Assembly: GCA_016187515.1 (NCBI GenBank)
Contig: JACPJN010000006.1
Span: 192,856-256,855, forward strand
Direction: 5' to 3'
Length of the DNA stretch: 64,000 nucleotides
DNA from: Candidatus Uhrbacteria bacterium
GTDB lineage: Bacteria > Patescibacteriota > Patescibacteriia > GWA2-47-26
The translations under genes and the position numbers were made by a program. The notes beneath the pieces were generated by a model that searched no databases, had not been told where the DNA came from, and saw only the letters and a list, made by a program, of their open reading frames with translations. Shown here piece after piece: positions 51,949 to 62,169 of the stretch; the stretch's first letter is position 1; every line of letters begins with the position of its first letter.

Positions 51949-52761
51949 TCAAATAGGCAACCGGCGGGTATGCCAGCGCGCCAGCTCGTCAATCTTATCC
52001 TGCATGATTTTTTCCGCGATTTGCAGCTGCTCCGGCGTATTGATTCCCAGCGCTTCCTGGGGATTTTCAAGCTGGATATCCCTGACCAGCCGCCCCTCCC
52101 TAAGCGCCAGATCCACCAAATCAGTCAGATAATATTCATGCTGAACATTTTCGCGCGACAACTTGGGAAGCGCCGACCAAAGCCAGCCGGCGCGGAAAAT
52201 ATAATAGCCCGGATTTACTTCGGTAATCGCGCGCTCGGAAGACGCGGCCTCTTTTTTCTCAACAATCGCAACCAGCTCTTCTTTCGGCCCCCGGATAATC
52301 CGGCCATAACATTCAAAAAGATTAAACCAGTCGTCAAAATGCGGCAAGCGCAGCGTGGCTAAAGTCAGATCGGCTCCGCTTTGCAAATGATTGACCACCA
52401 ATTCATCTATGGTGCGCGCGGAAACCAGCGGGTGATCGCCGTAAAGTACCAGGATATGATCGTACTTAAGCAATTTTTCCTTTGCCGAAAGAACGGCGTG
52501 GCCGGTTCCCAGTTGAACTTCTTGTATCGCGTAATCGCAGACCGGACCGATCCGATCGCGAATAACGTACAGATCCGGCGCGATGACGATAACCGGCTTG
52601 GTCGCCACCACGCTCTCTTTCAAGCTTTCAATCAGATATTGCAAAAGCGGTTTTCCCAAAAGGGGAATCAAAACCTTGGGCTGATCGATAGTCGCGTTAA
52701 GCCGCTTGCCCTTTCCCGCGGCCAGGATCACAATGCCGATATTCTTCAAAGGGTCAACCAT
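51949..52761 (-). CDS. sugar-1-phosphate nucleotidyltransferase (GlmU N-domain-like) without an acetyltransferase domain
   Basis: The G-rich NTP-transferase loop reads GIVILAAGKGKRLN. The ORF is 270 aa with no left-handed beta-helix repeats. Confidence 0.65.
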   Translation of the reverse strand: MVDPLKNIGIVILAAGKGKRLNATIDQPKVLIPLLGKPLLQYLIESLKESVVATKPVIVIAPDLYVIRDRIGPVCDYAIQEVQLGTGHAVLSAKEKLLKYDHILVLYGDHPLVSARTIDELVVNHLQSGADLTLATLRLPHFDDWFNLFECYGRIIRGPKEELVAIVEKKEAASSERAITEVNPGYYIFRAGWLWSALPKLSRENVQHEYYLTDLVDLALREGRLVRDIQLENPQEALGINTPEQLQIAEKIMQDKIDELARWHTRRLPI

Positions 52762-53486
52762 AATTTTTCAAAGACCATCCGGTGCGCATGGGCAATGTTA
52801 GGATCTTCTACCACCACGCCCAAAGGCGTGGACGCGCTATCAATACTGATATGCGCGGTTTTCGGACCATAGATTAAAGTATAGGCCGGAGAGCCGCCGT
52901 CTTTGGTCAGCCACTTGCGTTCCGACAAAGGATGTTCTTTGCCGCCCTCGCCTAAAGCGATCACTTTGACAATAATGCCGCGCTTGATTCGCTCGCGGGT
53001 AAAATTTGGAAAACTTTTATGAAGAAAATCTCGCAGATTCGCCGAAGAGTACACATAGTATTCTTTCTGCTTTTCTTTGCTCATGGTGGCCAGCACTCCT
53101 TGAAGGATATTTTTTACACCCGGGAATCCTTCGTAGTAGCGCGCCACGGGCTTGCCGCCACCGCGGTTGTACATGGATTGGAGTTCGGGGATAATCGTTT
53201 GGATACTCTGTCGCAGCCGGCTCAATTCTTCAAGGCGTCCATCTAAGTGCCGTTCCAATTTCAAAGGATCCTCGGCAAAAAAGTACTGATGCTTTTCTTT
53301 GTGGTGATAAACTACCAATCCTTGCTTCATCAAATGCTTCAAAATGTCGTAAGTGGTGCCGCGATTGATGCCGGTGGCCTGCGCGATCTTGCGCACCGGA
53401 GAGGGCCCCAGCGAAAGCAAAATCAAATACACCCGAATATCTTTTTCGTCAAAACCGAGTTTTTTGAGAATTTGGACAATGTCCAT
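52746..53486 (-). CDS. TrmB-family sugar-responsive transcriptional regulator
   Basis: N-terminal wHTH (LGFDEKDIRVYLILLSLGPSPVRKIAQATGINRGTTYDILKHL) plus the TrmB C-domain. Confidence 0.65.
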   Translation of the reverse strand: MDIVQILKKLGFDEKDIRVYLILLSLGPSPVRKIAQATGINRGTTYDILKHLMKQGLVVYHHKEKHQYFFAEDPLKLERHLDGRLEELSRLRQSIQTIIPELQSMYNRGGGKPVARYYEGFPGVKNILQGVLATMSKEKQKEYYVYSSANLRDFLHKSFPNFTRERIKRGIIVKVIALGEGGKEHPLSERKWLTKDGGSPAYTLIYGPKTAHISIDSASTPLGVVVEDPNIAHAHRMVFEKLWLTL

Positions 53487-53655
53487 AGCGATTGGAAATT
53501 GGATGATTCGAAGATTGGGAGATTAGCAATTAGAGCCGTAATTAACAAATTATCCAATTATCTAATCTTCCGCCATAATTGTCAAGAAATTCCCTGCACA
53601 ATCTGTGGATAAGTCAAAAACCGTACAAAATAGGGGTTTATCTAGTATTTTTATG

Positions 53656-54456
53656 TCAGGCGTTTTCAGTCAGAATATTAAATGAAAAATCTACCACAAG
53701 CGGATAGTGATCCGAGGCGCGATTGGTCTTCGCGCTACGAATGACCTGAGCATCAGTAAGGAATGGCGTGATGCTTTTGGAAACAAACATATAGTCCAGC
53801 CGTAACGGAGCCGCATGGGCAGGATCCGTATTTGCCGGGGTCGGCACCGTGGCTACAAACGGCTTGCCAAGCAGGCGCATCACATCGCAGTAGCCGTACT
53901 GCTCAAGAAAAGAGATGCAATCAAATTGCAACGCCGTGTCTCCGAATTTGGTAAGTCCGACCTCGCGAAACCTAGCGAGTAATTCTTCACGATTATACGG
54001 ATCATAAGGCGAAAGAGAATTGAGATCACCCATGATGATGGCGTTGGGGTAGGATGCAAGCAGATTAACAACACGCGTAAGTTCGGCAAGACGATCATGT
54101 TCTGACCTTGGATTAAGATGCATAAGCAAAATCGCAATCTGCCCTATTGGATTACATTGATACACCGAAAGAAGCGCGGAATGCCAAAATCCTTCGCGCA
54201 GTTCCTGCTGGCGCAGCGGCTGGACGCTACTCAACATCGCAAGATCATACCTGGTATTTGATTTAATAAATTGGGAAAAAGTCAGGGCAACACTTTTTGA
54301 AAATTGTTTGAGAATGCGCTCTTTATTAATACCCCATCCTATCACTTCAAGTACACCAAGAATATCCGGGCGGGCTTCGCGCACGGCCGCAACAAGCGCA
54401 TCAAGCCGCCCTTCACCGCCGCGATAAATATTGTAGAGCATGAAATAATGAAGCAT
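53656..54456 (-). CDS. endonuclease/exonuclease/phosphatase (EEP) family protein
   Basis: ...IMGDLNS.... and C-terminal SDHYPLVVDF. Confidence 0.65.
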   Translation of the reverse strand: MLHYFMLYNIYRGGEGRLDALVAAVREARPDILGVLEVIGWGINKERILKQFSKSVALTFSQFIKSNTRYDLAMLSSVQPLRQQELREGFWHSALLSVYQCNPIGQIAILLMHLNPRSEHDRLAELTRVVNLLASYPNAIIMGDLNSLSPYDPYNREELLARFREVGLTKFGDTALQFDCISFLEQYGYCDVMRLLGKPFVATVPTPANTDPAHAAPLRLDYMFVSKSITPFLTDAQVIRSAKTNRASDHYPLVVDFSFNILTENA

Positions 54457-54557
54457 ATTATATTGAATATTACTATTTTATCCCCATTTTATCAACACAA
54501 TATCAGTTGACATCTAATCCTTACTAATGATGAAGTACTCAGAGGATCATAGCCCTG

Positions 54558-55469
54558 ATGAAGGAGGATACCGTGAAAGAGCTCCACTGGTCGCGAAACG
54601 TTACCTTTGAACGTCTAGGAGGCATGGTGCGCAAGGTTATGAAACCGTTTCGTCTTTTGTCAGAACATGAGTTGCAAGAACTTGCATCAAGGATCGAGGA
54701 GTTCTACCGTCGTATCACCAGGTGGGGTATCGCGACACCAGCCACACTCTATACGCTAGTAGAACTGATAGAGGAGAAGAGATGTGTAGTTGAGTATGCT
54801 ACGGACGTGGGGGAAGACTGCAACAAGATCCTCCGCAGAAGCCCAGAACGTTTCGTTGAGATAGTGACAGGGATCGTCGTAGGTTCGCTCCCGCTCCTTC
54901 AAACCGATCAAAAAGAGGTTGGGTTCGACTCACATCCTACCAATTGGTGTCGCGATGATGCAGGTAGGTTTACCTACGTCGACTTCAAACCGCCGCGATA
55001 CTACGACGAACAAAGCGCTACTCACTGGGTTGGTTTTCCCCAACCGGAGGATCCCGAGGACGTTCGTATTGGTACCTGGCGCTACTACAGTCGTGAAGGA
55101 ATTCTTCGGAGACTCAACTTCACCTGCGAGAGGTACGGCCCCGGAAAGGGACGAGCGACTATTCTCGACACACTCGACAATACTGATCCAGTCTGTGGCC
55201 GGTGGGCGCGAGAGTACCTTGATTCACTCCCTCCCACTCGCGTGCGGCGCGATCCCTGTCTGTTCCGAAGTGAGGTAGAACGTCTCTCTCCTGATGATAC
55301 CGACGACTTGCGCGAGTTGGCAGTGGTCGCGGTAGAGTTGTTTGATGCGTCATCACAGCTCCTCGAAGAGGTTCTCACACTTTCCCATGTGAGCTATCGC
55401 CGTCCGCGCGCAGATCGTCACGCCGGGTTTGAAAAAGCTCGCGCGCTCCTTCTCCAGCTACACTCCTAA
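54558..55469 (+). CDS. hypothetical protein (GC-richer island)
   Basis: A 303-aa ORF. An alternative GTG start at 54573 is preceded by a canonical AAGGAGG Shine-Dalgarno. No family recognised. Confidence 0.45.
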   Translation: MKEDTVKELHWSRNVTFERLGGMVRKVMKPFRLLSEHELQELASRIEEFYRRITRWGIATPATLYTLVELIEEKRCVVEYATDVGEDCNKILRRSPERFVEIVTGIVVGSLPLLQTDQKEVGFDSHPTNWCRDDAGRFTYVDFKPPRYYDEQSATHWVGFPQPEDPEDVRIGTWRYYSREGILRRLNFTCERYGPGKGRATILDTLDNTDPVCGRWAREYLDSLPPTRVRRDPCLFRSEVERLSPDDTDDLRELAVVAVELFDASSQLLEEVLTLSHVSYRRPRADRHAGFEKARALLLQLHS

Positions 55470-55520
55470 TCGAAGAGAGCTGAACGCCCCCCTACCCACA
55501 ACGGCAGACGGGGCGGTTTT

Positions 55521-56396
55521 TTATGTGGGGCCATGAGTCACAATAAACTGCGTAAGGTGATGAAAATCTTTTGATGAAATACTTGCCTGACCCAGTTTAA
55601 TTTCAGAATGCCAAGTCGGGCCATGAAAATCCGAACCTCCCGTAATAAGCAGCCCTTTACGCTTTACAAATGCTAGCAGAGCCTTGATCTGTGCAGGGGT
55701 ATGGTGTGACGAATACACTTCAAGACCATCAAGGCCGTCATTTCGCAAACGTTCGATAATGTCAAATATACGCTTCATAAAATGCTTATTTTCAGCAGTG
55801 CGTCCCTTGTCTGCGGGGTGAGACAAAATTGCGACACCTCCGGCCCGGTGAATCAATCGAATTGCCTGTTTAGGAGAAAGCATCGTCAAGTCATATGGCG
55901 TCACAAGGCTGCCTTGTTTAGTCAGCATGGCCTTAAATTCGCGAGCACGACGCGGATATCGTTTCACCAGTGCACGATAAATATCAAATTTTACTAACGC
56001 TCCTTTTGGCTTAAATTTACGCAATTCAGCAATGGTTATCCTAATTCCCTCTTGGGCATATAGCCGATCAAGCATCTTTGAGAGGCGACGCTCGTACCCG
56101 TCAATAGTGCGTTTTAGCCCTTGCGCAAGGATAGCGCGTTTGAATGTCTTCGCATAGCCGAGAATATGCAGATTGATTTCATCATAGTTCGTGGTAATTT
56201 CAAGCCCTTCCAGCGTGGTGAGGCCGAATTTTGATGCGGCTCTAAGCGCCGCATCAAAGTGAGCGATGGCATTGTGATCAGTTACGACTACTCCGGCCAG
56301 ACCTTTATTTTTTGCCATACGCATAATTTGAAGAGGCGTATACTCCCCATCGGAAAAAATCGAATGCGCCTGAAGATCAAAACCGCCTTTAATCAT
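55521..56396 (-). CDS. PHP-domain metal-dependent phosphoesterase (TrpH/YciV-like)
   Basis: DLQAHSIFSDGEYTP....TDHN...GGSDFHGP. Confidence 0.65.
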   Translation of the reverse strand: MIKGGFDLQAHSIFSDGEYTPLQIMRMAKNKGLAGVVVTDHNAIAHFDAALRAASKFGLTTLEGLEITTNYDEINLHILGYAKTFKRAILAQGLKRTIDGYERRLSKMLDRLYAQEGIRITIAELRKFKPKGALVKFDIYRALVKRYPRRAREFKAMLTKQGSLVTPYDLTMLSPKQAIRLIHRAGGVAILSHPADKGRTAENKHFMKRIFDIIERLRNDGLDGLEVYSSHHTPAQIKALLAFVKRKGLLITGGSDFHGPTWHSEIKLGQASISSKDFHHLTQFIVTHGPT

Positions 56397-57418
56397 ACAA
56401 TTTTTCTTATCTCTTTAATAATGCGCCGGATGTCATCACCTTGCCTTACTATATCATGATACAGGACAACTTGCCCTTGCGCGCGAGCGAGATTATGGGC
56501 TTGGCGCGAGGGATACCGTTTGGAATCCCACCGAAAATAACAGTCCTCAAAAATATCCCGAACAAATCGAGAAGCAAGTTCAAGCGGAATGAGCTGAAGC
56601 GCTTGAGGAAGCAACTCCCATTCTTCGTCGTTTAAAAAATCTTGCGCGCCCGCACAATATCCTTCAAGCCCGGCTTTAAAATACGGCAGTGAAAAAGTAG
56701 TCATTTCTGCCGATTGCGTTCTTATTTGACACCATGAGCGAAACGCTCCGCCAAGCTCGTAGAGTACATTGTACTGATTTCCACAATCATCAAAATCAAC
56801 CATAGTGCGCGCCATCAGACCATCTTCCGTGAAAATGAAATTGGAAATTTTTGGATCACCGTGATTGATAGTATGGCGGAGCGATTTCGGGAGATCCAGG
56901 GAAGGGAGCACATCAATGACAGGGAGAAGTACTGCGATTTCGGGATCACTATTGCCTGCCGCCGCATGCTGGTATGCTTGAAATAGAGCAGGTATGTTGT
57001 GTTTGATTGGACGGACATGTTTAAATGTATATTCTACTCCCTGCAAGATGCCATGGTAGGTTCCCAAAATCTTTCCGGCTTCATACGCAATCGTGGGTAT
57101 ATCAACAGATTCATATACATGGCCATGAACATAGGTAAAGAGTCGCCAAAATCTAGCACCGTCTGGAACGTAGAGGGACCCGTTGTTGGCATGCACAATC
57201 TCCATCATAAAGCAGCCGTGCAAGCGGAGAAAATTCAATACCGTATTAGTATCCTCCATTACTGCTGGTGAAAAAATTGGGCTCACATGTTGTAAAATAT
57301 ATCTACCACGGGAAGCGTCAACTTTCCAAGTATCATGAATAATACCAGCACTCAGTGACTCAACCGTGTATACCGTACCGATATCGTATGAATGTAGTGT
57401 GCTATATGGTGTTTCCAT
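56393..57418 (-). CDS. phosphotransferase (APH/choline-kinase fold) family kinase
   Basis: It has the Brenner motif INHGDPKISNF and a DFDD metal site. I place the start at METPYS (57418). The longer ORF-track start overlaps the upstream terminator and the HAD gene. Confidence 0.55.
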   Translation of the reverse strand: METPYSTLHSYDIGTVYTVESLSAGIIHDTWKVDASRGRYILQHVSPIFSPAVMEDTNTVLNFLRLHGCFMMEIVHANNGSLYVPDGARFWRLFTYVHGHVYESVDIPTIAYEAGKILGTYHGILQGVEYTFKHVRPIKHNIPALFQAYQHAAAGNSDPEIAVLLPVIDVLPSLDLPKSLRHTINHGDPKISNFIFTEDGLMARTMVDFDDCGNQYNVLYELGGAFRSWCQIRTQSAEMTTFSLPYFKAGLEGYCAGAQDFLNDEEWELLPQALQLIPLELASRFVRDIFEDCYFRWDSKRYPSRQAHNLARAQGQVVLYHDIVRQGDDIRRIIKEIRKIV

Positions 57419-57451
57419 AGTGATTGTCTCTACTCTAGCATATCGGCGCAT

Positions 57452-57478
57452 AAAAAAGAAGGACGCGATAGGCGTCCT
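57452..57478 (-). terminator. rho-independent terminator after the HAD gene
   Basis: The minus strand reads aggacgc-ctatc-gcgtcct followed by tctttttt. Confidence 0.5.
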
Positions 57479-57500
57479 AAAAAGATCAGCGTGGGCGATA

Positions 57501-58376
57501 TCAACTGGCCAAGTAAGTAAGTATCTCCTGGATACCCTCGTGCCCACCACTGCGCGCAACAAACCCACCGCGCCCTTGCACAAGGGTAACTACTTCAGCG
57601 ATGGCACTTGCAAGCGTGCAAGGATATCCCACTGCCGTAAGCAAATCCATGTCGTTACTATCGTCTCCGATCATAGCAACATCTTGAATATTCACTCCTA
57701 GACGCTTCAGCATGAAATTGACTGCATTTCGCTTTCCGCTGGCCGTAGGAAAACATTCTAGGGTTGCACCGTATGTCCACAGCATCGTCAGTCCCACAGG
57801 CAGTTCCCTCTGCCGCAAAGCTTGGTACGCATCATTATCGGGCACAGAGCCGCTCGGAGGCGGATGTATACGAAACGAGGTATCACGCTCTTCAGAATCC
57901 GTGAGAAAACCCTCTGCGCGGAGTACTGCCTCGAAGTCCCATAGTGTTCCTGAACGACTTGGAGGGCTCCCAACCCAAGGCGCCAACAAGGAATGCCATT
58001 CCACATCCCTCGAGCCGTCCGCATGTAAAATTATTCCGCCATGCTCGAGGATTGCAAGGCCGTGGGGAATAATATTGGCAAGGATCCTGTAGTTTTTTGT
58101 CCTCCTACCTGTCACGAGCACCACAGGTATATGACTTGCCTGAAGTGCCTGAAGTCGTGCCACAGTGCCGGTTGCTACAGCACGCGTATTGCCGCATGCG
58201 ATCGTACTGCCATCAACTCGGATGTCCTTATGGACAAGGGTCCCATCAATATCACTAATGAGCAGGCGTATACCCATCAAACTCCTCCTAGTATCCATCC
58301 TAGCACATCTTAAAATACTGTCAACGGATAATTGACAAATTGTACTTCTGAGCGTACTATAAAACATAGCAATCAC
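57501..58376 (-). CDS. HAD-IIB (Cof-type) sugar-phosphate phosphatase
   Basis: Motif I is LLISDIDGTLV. Motif IV is GDDSNDMDLL. Confidence 0.7.
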   Translation of the reverse strand: MIAMFYSTLRSTICQLSVDSILRCARMDTRRSLMGIRLLISDIDGTLVHKDIRVDGSTIACGNTRAVATGTVARLQALQASHIPVVLVTGRRTKNYRILANIIPHGLAILEHGGIILHADGSRDVEWHSLLAPWVGSPPSRSGTLWDFEAVLRAEGFLTDSEERDTSFRIHPPPSGSVPDNDAYQALRQRELPVGLTMLWTYGATLECFPTASGKRNAVNFMLKRLGVNIQDVAMIGDDSNDMDLLTAVGYPCTLASAIAEVVTLVQGRGGFVARSGGHEGIQEILTYLAS

Positions 58377-58384
58377 GACAATCT

Positions 58385-58906
58385 ATGCCAAAAGAACTTA
58401 TTCCAGTAGTGGATAAAAATGATCGAGTGCTCCTATACCTTCCATCGAAACTAATTCACACGCAAGAACTTCGGCATCGAGAAATCGCAGTTTATTTAAT
58501 CAATGCGGCCAAACAAACTTTAGTGCAACAGCGCGACGGGGGCTATCTTGACCATTCGGTTGCCGGACATGTTCGCAAAGGGGAAACTTATCTTCAAGCG
58601 GCACTGCGAGAGATAAAAGAAGAGATACGACTCCGTTTGAAGCCGCGCGATCTTAAACGGCTCGGAAAATTTTATCACCGCACACTTTCACCGCAGAAAG
58701 GATATTACAACGATCGTTTCTTCGCTTTGTATGTGGTACGGCATCACATTGAACTTCAAGATGTTCATATTAATAAACATGAGATGGACGGGCTAGAACC
58801 GATGTCTATCAACAAAATCAAAACCCTGATGAAGGAAAAACCTAAACAGTGTAAGGGCGGCTTTCTCGTCTCTTTTCCTATTTTTTTGAAATACTATAAA
58901 GTATGA
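58385..58906 (+). CDS. Nudix hydrolase
   Basis: The Nudix box reads GHVRKGETYLQAALREIKEEIRL. Confidence 0.7.
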   Translation: MPKELIPVVDKNDRVLLYLPSKLIHTQELRHREIAVYLINAAKQTLVQQRDGGYLDHSVAGHVRKGETYLQAALREIKEEIRLRLKPRDLKRLGKFYHRTLSPQKGYYNDRFFALYVVRHHIELQDVHINKHEMDGLEPMSINKIKTLMKEKPKQCKGGFLVSFPIFLKYYKV

Positions 58907-60078
58907 AATCTCTTATTGTTTTTACCGGCGGGGGGCTGGCGCCGGCGTTAAATCCGACGATCTATGGGGTCGTAACGGCCGCGCGGGAAAAGGGCTGGCG
59001 CGTGCTGGGCGGACTTTACGGTTGGCAATCGCTTTTGGCCGGCGGACGGCATGTAGATTTAACCAATCTCAACATTGAATCGCTTAAAGAAAACGGCGGC
59101 ACGATTTTGCGTTCTTCACGCACCAATCCGTATGCCACCCCGGACGGCGCGGAGCAAGTAAAACGCACCATCCAAGCGCTGGGCATTGACGCAGTAGTCG
59201 CGATCGGCGGCGATGACACCTTGGGCGCCGCGGCAAAACTTGCCGCTGAAGGAATCCCGATTATCGGCATTCCCAAAACCGTGGATAATGATTTGCCCGG
59301 CACTTATTTCACTCCGGGCTTCCCATCTGCCGCATATTATCTGGCCACTTTTGTCAATGAGATCAAACGCGACGCGGCCTACGCGCTGTCGCGAATTTAT
59401 ATAATTGAGGCCATGGGTTTCAAAGCCGGATGGCTAACTTGCGCTGGCGTCCTCGGTGGCGCAGACATCGTTTTGCCGCCAGAGTGGAAAATTTCTTGGA
59501 AACACACGCTTGATCTGCTTTCGCAGCGCTACAAAGACAACGGCAACTTTGCGGTAGTCGTAGTATCGCAAGAAGCGCATTTTGATGAACCGCTCCAAGG
59601 ACTTAGCGAGCAACAACTTGGCGATGAGCATGGTCATGTGCGAAAAAGTTTTATCTGCCTTACTCTGCGCGATAAAATCCGCGCTGATCTGGGCATTGAA
59701 GCCAAAGCGCTCTACCCGGGAAATTATGTGGAAACCGGAAAACCGATTGCGCTTGACCGCGACCTCGCCATCGCGCTTGGCCGCCACGCCGTTGCTCTTA
59801 TTTCGGATGGCGTACAAGGCGTTATGACGCGGATCACGCGGCCAGATCCTGCGCAACTCCATCTCACGGTGGACACTCTGCCTTTTCCAGAACTCGCGCT
59901 CCAAAAGCACCGCCCGCTGGAGCAGGATATGTTTGATATCGAGACCCTGCTGCCTACCAAAGCATTTTTTGACTATATGACTCCGCTGACCGCGGATTTT
60001 ACGCAGTTAGGAGATCCGGATTATCTTGGACTTATGCAAGAAATCACCGCGATTGACAAAAATAAAACCAGGGGTTAG
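58903..60078 (+). CDS. pfkA: 6-phosphofructokinase (PfkA family; ATP or PPi dependent)
   Basis: LIVFTGGGLAPALN...IGGDDTLGAA...GIPKTVDNDL. ATGA overlap with the Nudix gene. Confidence 0.75.
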   Translation: MKSLIVFTGGGLAPALNPTIYGVVTAAREKGWRVLGGLYGWQSLLAGGRHVDLTNLNIESLKENGGTILRSSRTNPYATPDGAEQVKRTIQALGIDAVVAIGGDDTLGAAAKLAAEGIPIIGIPKTVDNDLPGTYFTPGFPSAAYYLATFVNEIKRDAAYALSRIYIIEAMGFKAGWLTCAGVLGGADIVLPPEWKISWKHTLDLLSQRYKDNGNFAVVVVSQEAHFDEPLQGLSEQQLGDEHGHVRKSFICLTLRDKIRADLGIEAKALYPGNYVETGKPIALDRDLAIALGRHAVALISDGVQGVMTRITRPDPAQLHLTVDTLPFPELALQKHRPLEQDMFDIETLLPTKAFFDYMTPLTADFTQLGDPDYLGLMQEITAIDKNKTRG

Positions 60079-60102
60079 GATTAGCAATACAGGAGGTGTA
60101 CT

Positions 60103-61278
60103 TTGTACGGAACTTCAAACGGAGATATCCGAGACGTTATGCGCCGCAAGGTAGTATGTCTTCCTTCCATGAATGTGGAAGTGTCGGCGCCGGTAACCGC
60201 GGCTGAATTTCGGGTCATCCAAGCGCAAAACCCGCGTGGCATACGCCGAGATGCCAAAAATTCGGTGCGCGGGATAGACACCTTTGACGCCCCGATGGAT
60301 CACAGCGGCGGAGTAGGATTCATCATTACCTTGGCTACCGGCGAGAGAGTGAACTTTGTGGCAACCGGTACAACGCCGATTGCTGGCGGCAGTTCATCCA
60401 ATATCGCCCATGCGTTAGTTGCTCTTGACATTCAGGATGTGGGGCTGGTGGGCGCAGTGGGTGACGATGCGCATGGTCGCCATATCATCTCCACCCTGCA
60501 CCAGAGCGGCTTGAGCAAGCTAACGCTTTTCAGGCGTGAGGCAACGGCGACAAGTTTGATACTGCGCGAACCAGACGGAGTCGCTACTTTGTTCGCTTGC
60601 AAACCGCCGTATCATACTTCCCCGGAGATTCTGGCCAAGTTGACCGACGTCTGTCAAGCTGAAGTACTGGTTGTCAGTGGCGTACGTTGGCCGGATTTTC
60701 CCTTGGTGCAGGCGCTTTGGCAGGCAGCTTCGCCACGGGTACGTGCGCTTTCCCCGCATATCAGCTTGGTTGCTGACAGCGACGAAAATCGGCAGCATTG
60801 CCTTGAGCTTTGCAAAAACGCGGACATTGTTCATCTGAATGATGATGAAGCTGCCCACCTTTTCCAGTTGCGTGGAGCGAGTGGGAGAATCGCGTTCCCG
60901 GATGATGATCAGCAAGCCGAGCAAATGATGCGCCAACACGTGGCTCCTTTGGGAGCGCACATTTTCTGCATCACGCGCGGGGAGCGTGGAAGCATCACTT
61001 ACGATAACCAACACAAGCGCGTGGTACTCCAAGCGGTTCCCGAGCGTATTGAGGGCGGTAATCGTGTGGGAGCCGGAGATGTACACCTGACCACGCTTAT
61101 ATACTACCTGTACCTGCGCGGAAGGACTATTGACCTGCTGTCCGCACTTAAAGTTGCGGCGCGGGTGACGGCCGCAAAAATCGCTGCCGGCGATTCGCGT
61201 CCCTGGGCGGGAATTCCGGATTCAGCCACGCGCAAGCCGTGGGTACGCGAAGCCGAGGCGCGAAACAGCGCGTCCTAA
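60103..61278 (+). CDS. PfkB-like carbohydrate kinase (GC-rich)
   Basis: Ribokinase-like with GAGD motif (NRVGAGDVH) near the C-terminus. Local GC is about 58%. Confidence 0.55.
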   Translation: MYGTSNGDIRDVMRRKVVCLPSMNVEVSAPVTAAEFRVIQAQNPRGIRRDAKNSVRGIDTFDAPMDHSGGVGFIITLATGERVNFVATGTTPIAGGSSSNIAHALVALDIQDVGLVGAVGDDAHGRHIISTLHQSGLSKLTLFRREATATSLILREPDGVATLFACKPPYHTSPEILAKLTDVCQAEVLVVSGVRWPDFPLVQALWQAASPRVRALSPHISLVADSDENRQHCLELCKNADIVHLNDDEAAHLFQLRGASGRIAFPDDDQQAEQMMRQHVAPLGAHIFCITRGERGSITYDNQHKRVVLQAVPERIEGGNRVGAGDVHLTTLIYYLYLRGRTIDLLSALKVAARVTAAKIAAGDSRPWAGIPDSATRKPWVREAEARNSAS

Positions 61279-61300
61279 AGTTAGTAAGGAGAACCGCACG

Positions 61301-61330
61301 CTGGCGTAAGGAGAACGCCAGCTTTTTTTA
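61301..61330 (+). terminator. rho-independent terminator
   Basis: gctggcg-taaggagaa-cgccagc followed by ttttttt. Confidence 0.5.
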
Positions 61331-61423
61331 TCGCGTACTTCGGCGTACGCTCTGTGCACGAATCAACGAATGTTCCTACGAATCCAACGAATTTGCTGTG
61401 TACAACAAAAAGCACCCCTGATA

Positions 61424-61543
61424 TGCCGGCATAGCCTACTTTCCCGGGACCGGATTGGGTCCGAGTATCATCGGCCTTGGATGCTTTCACTTCCGTGTTC
61501 GGAATGGGAACGGGTGGGTCACACCGAAATTAAACACCGGCAA
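61424..61543 (-). rRNA. rrf: 5S ribosomal RNA
   Basis: The reverse complement reads TTGCCGGTG...CCGTTCCCATTCCGAACACGGAAGTGAAAGC...GGAAAGTAGGCTATGCCGGCA. Helix I pairs its ends. Confidence 0.75.
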
Positions 61544-61799
61544 ATCTGGGGTGCTTTTTAGTATTGTTGTAAGAGTAATCACATCGCTCGCTCCGCTCGC
61601 TCTGTGTACGAATTACAAATCTTGTACGAATATTACGAATGTTGTCAATTCAAATTCGTAGTATTCGCAACGCCATTCGTTGATTCGTACACAGGAAGCG
61701 CCGGAGGCGCTGAATCCAAATTAGTGCTTCAGTGCTTTTGGATCGATTAGTACCGCTCGGCTCAAACCGTTACCGGTCTTACACCTGCGGCCTATCGCC

Positions 61800-61920
61800 A
61801 GCGCTCCGCGCTGCAAATCCCAAATTACAATTTCCAAATCCCAAACAAATTTTAAATCCCAATTTCTAAATTCCAATTTTGTGATTTGGAATTTATGATT
61901 TGGGTATTGTTTGTAATTTG
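61800..61920 (-). repeat. AT-rich simple-repeat expansion segment inside the 3'-terminal 23S rRNA region (H98 variable region)
   Basis: tttggaat/aatttggg-type repeats are inserted between two conserved blocks: one ending ...ccaataaccaagcacc and one starting ggccgcaggtgtaagaccgg. Confidence 0.5.
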
Positions 61921-62005
61921 GTGCTTGGTTATTGGAATTTCCAGTGCGAAGCACTGGTTTTACCTGGTCATCTCCCAGGGATCCATAAGACCTAATCTTG
62001 AGGAC

Positions 62006-62044
<39 letters not shown>

Positions 62045-62169
62045 AACGCTGCTACCGAGCAATGCCCTTGGTAGAACAACTCGTACACAGGAGGTTCGTG
62101 CCTTTTGGTCCTCTCGTACTGAAAAGGCGCCCTCTCAAGTCTTTACGCCCGCGGCAGATAGGAGACCGA

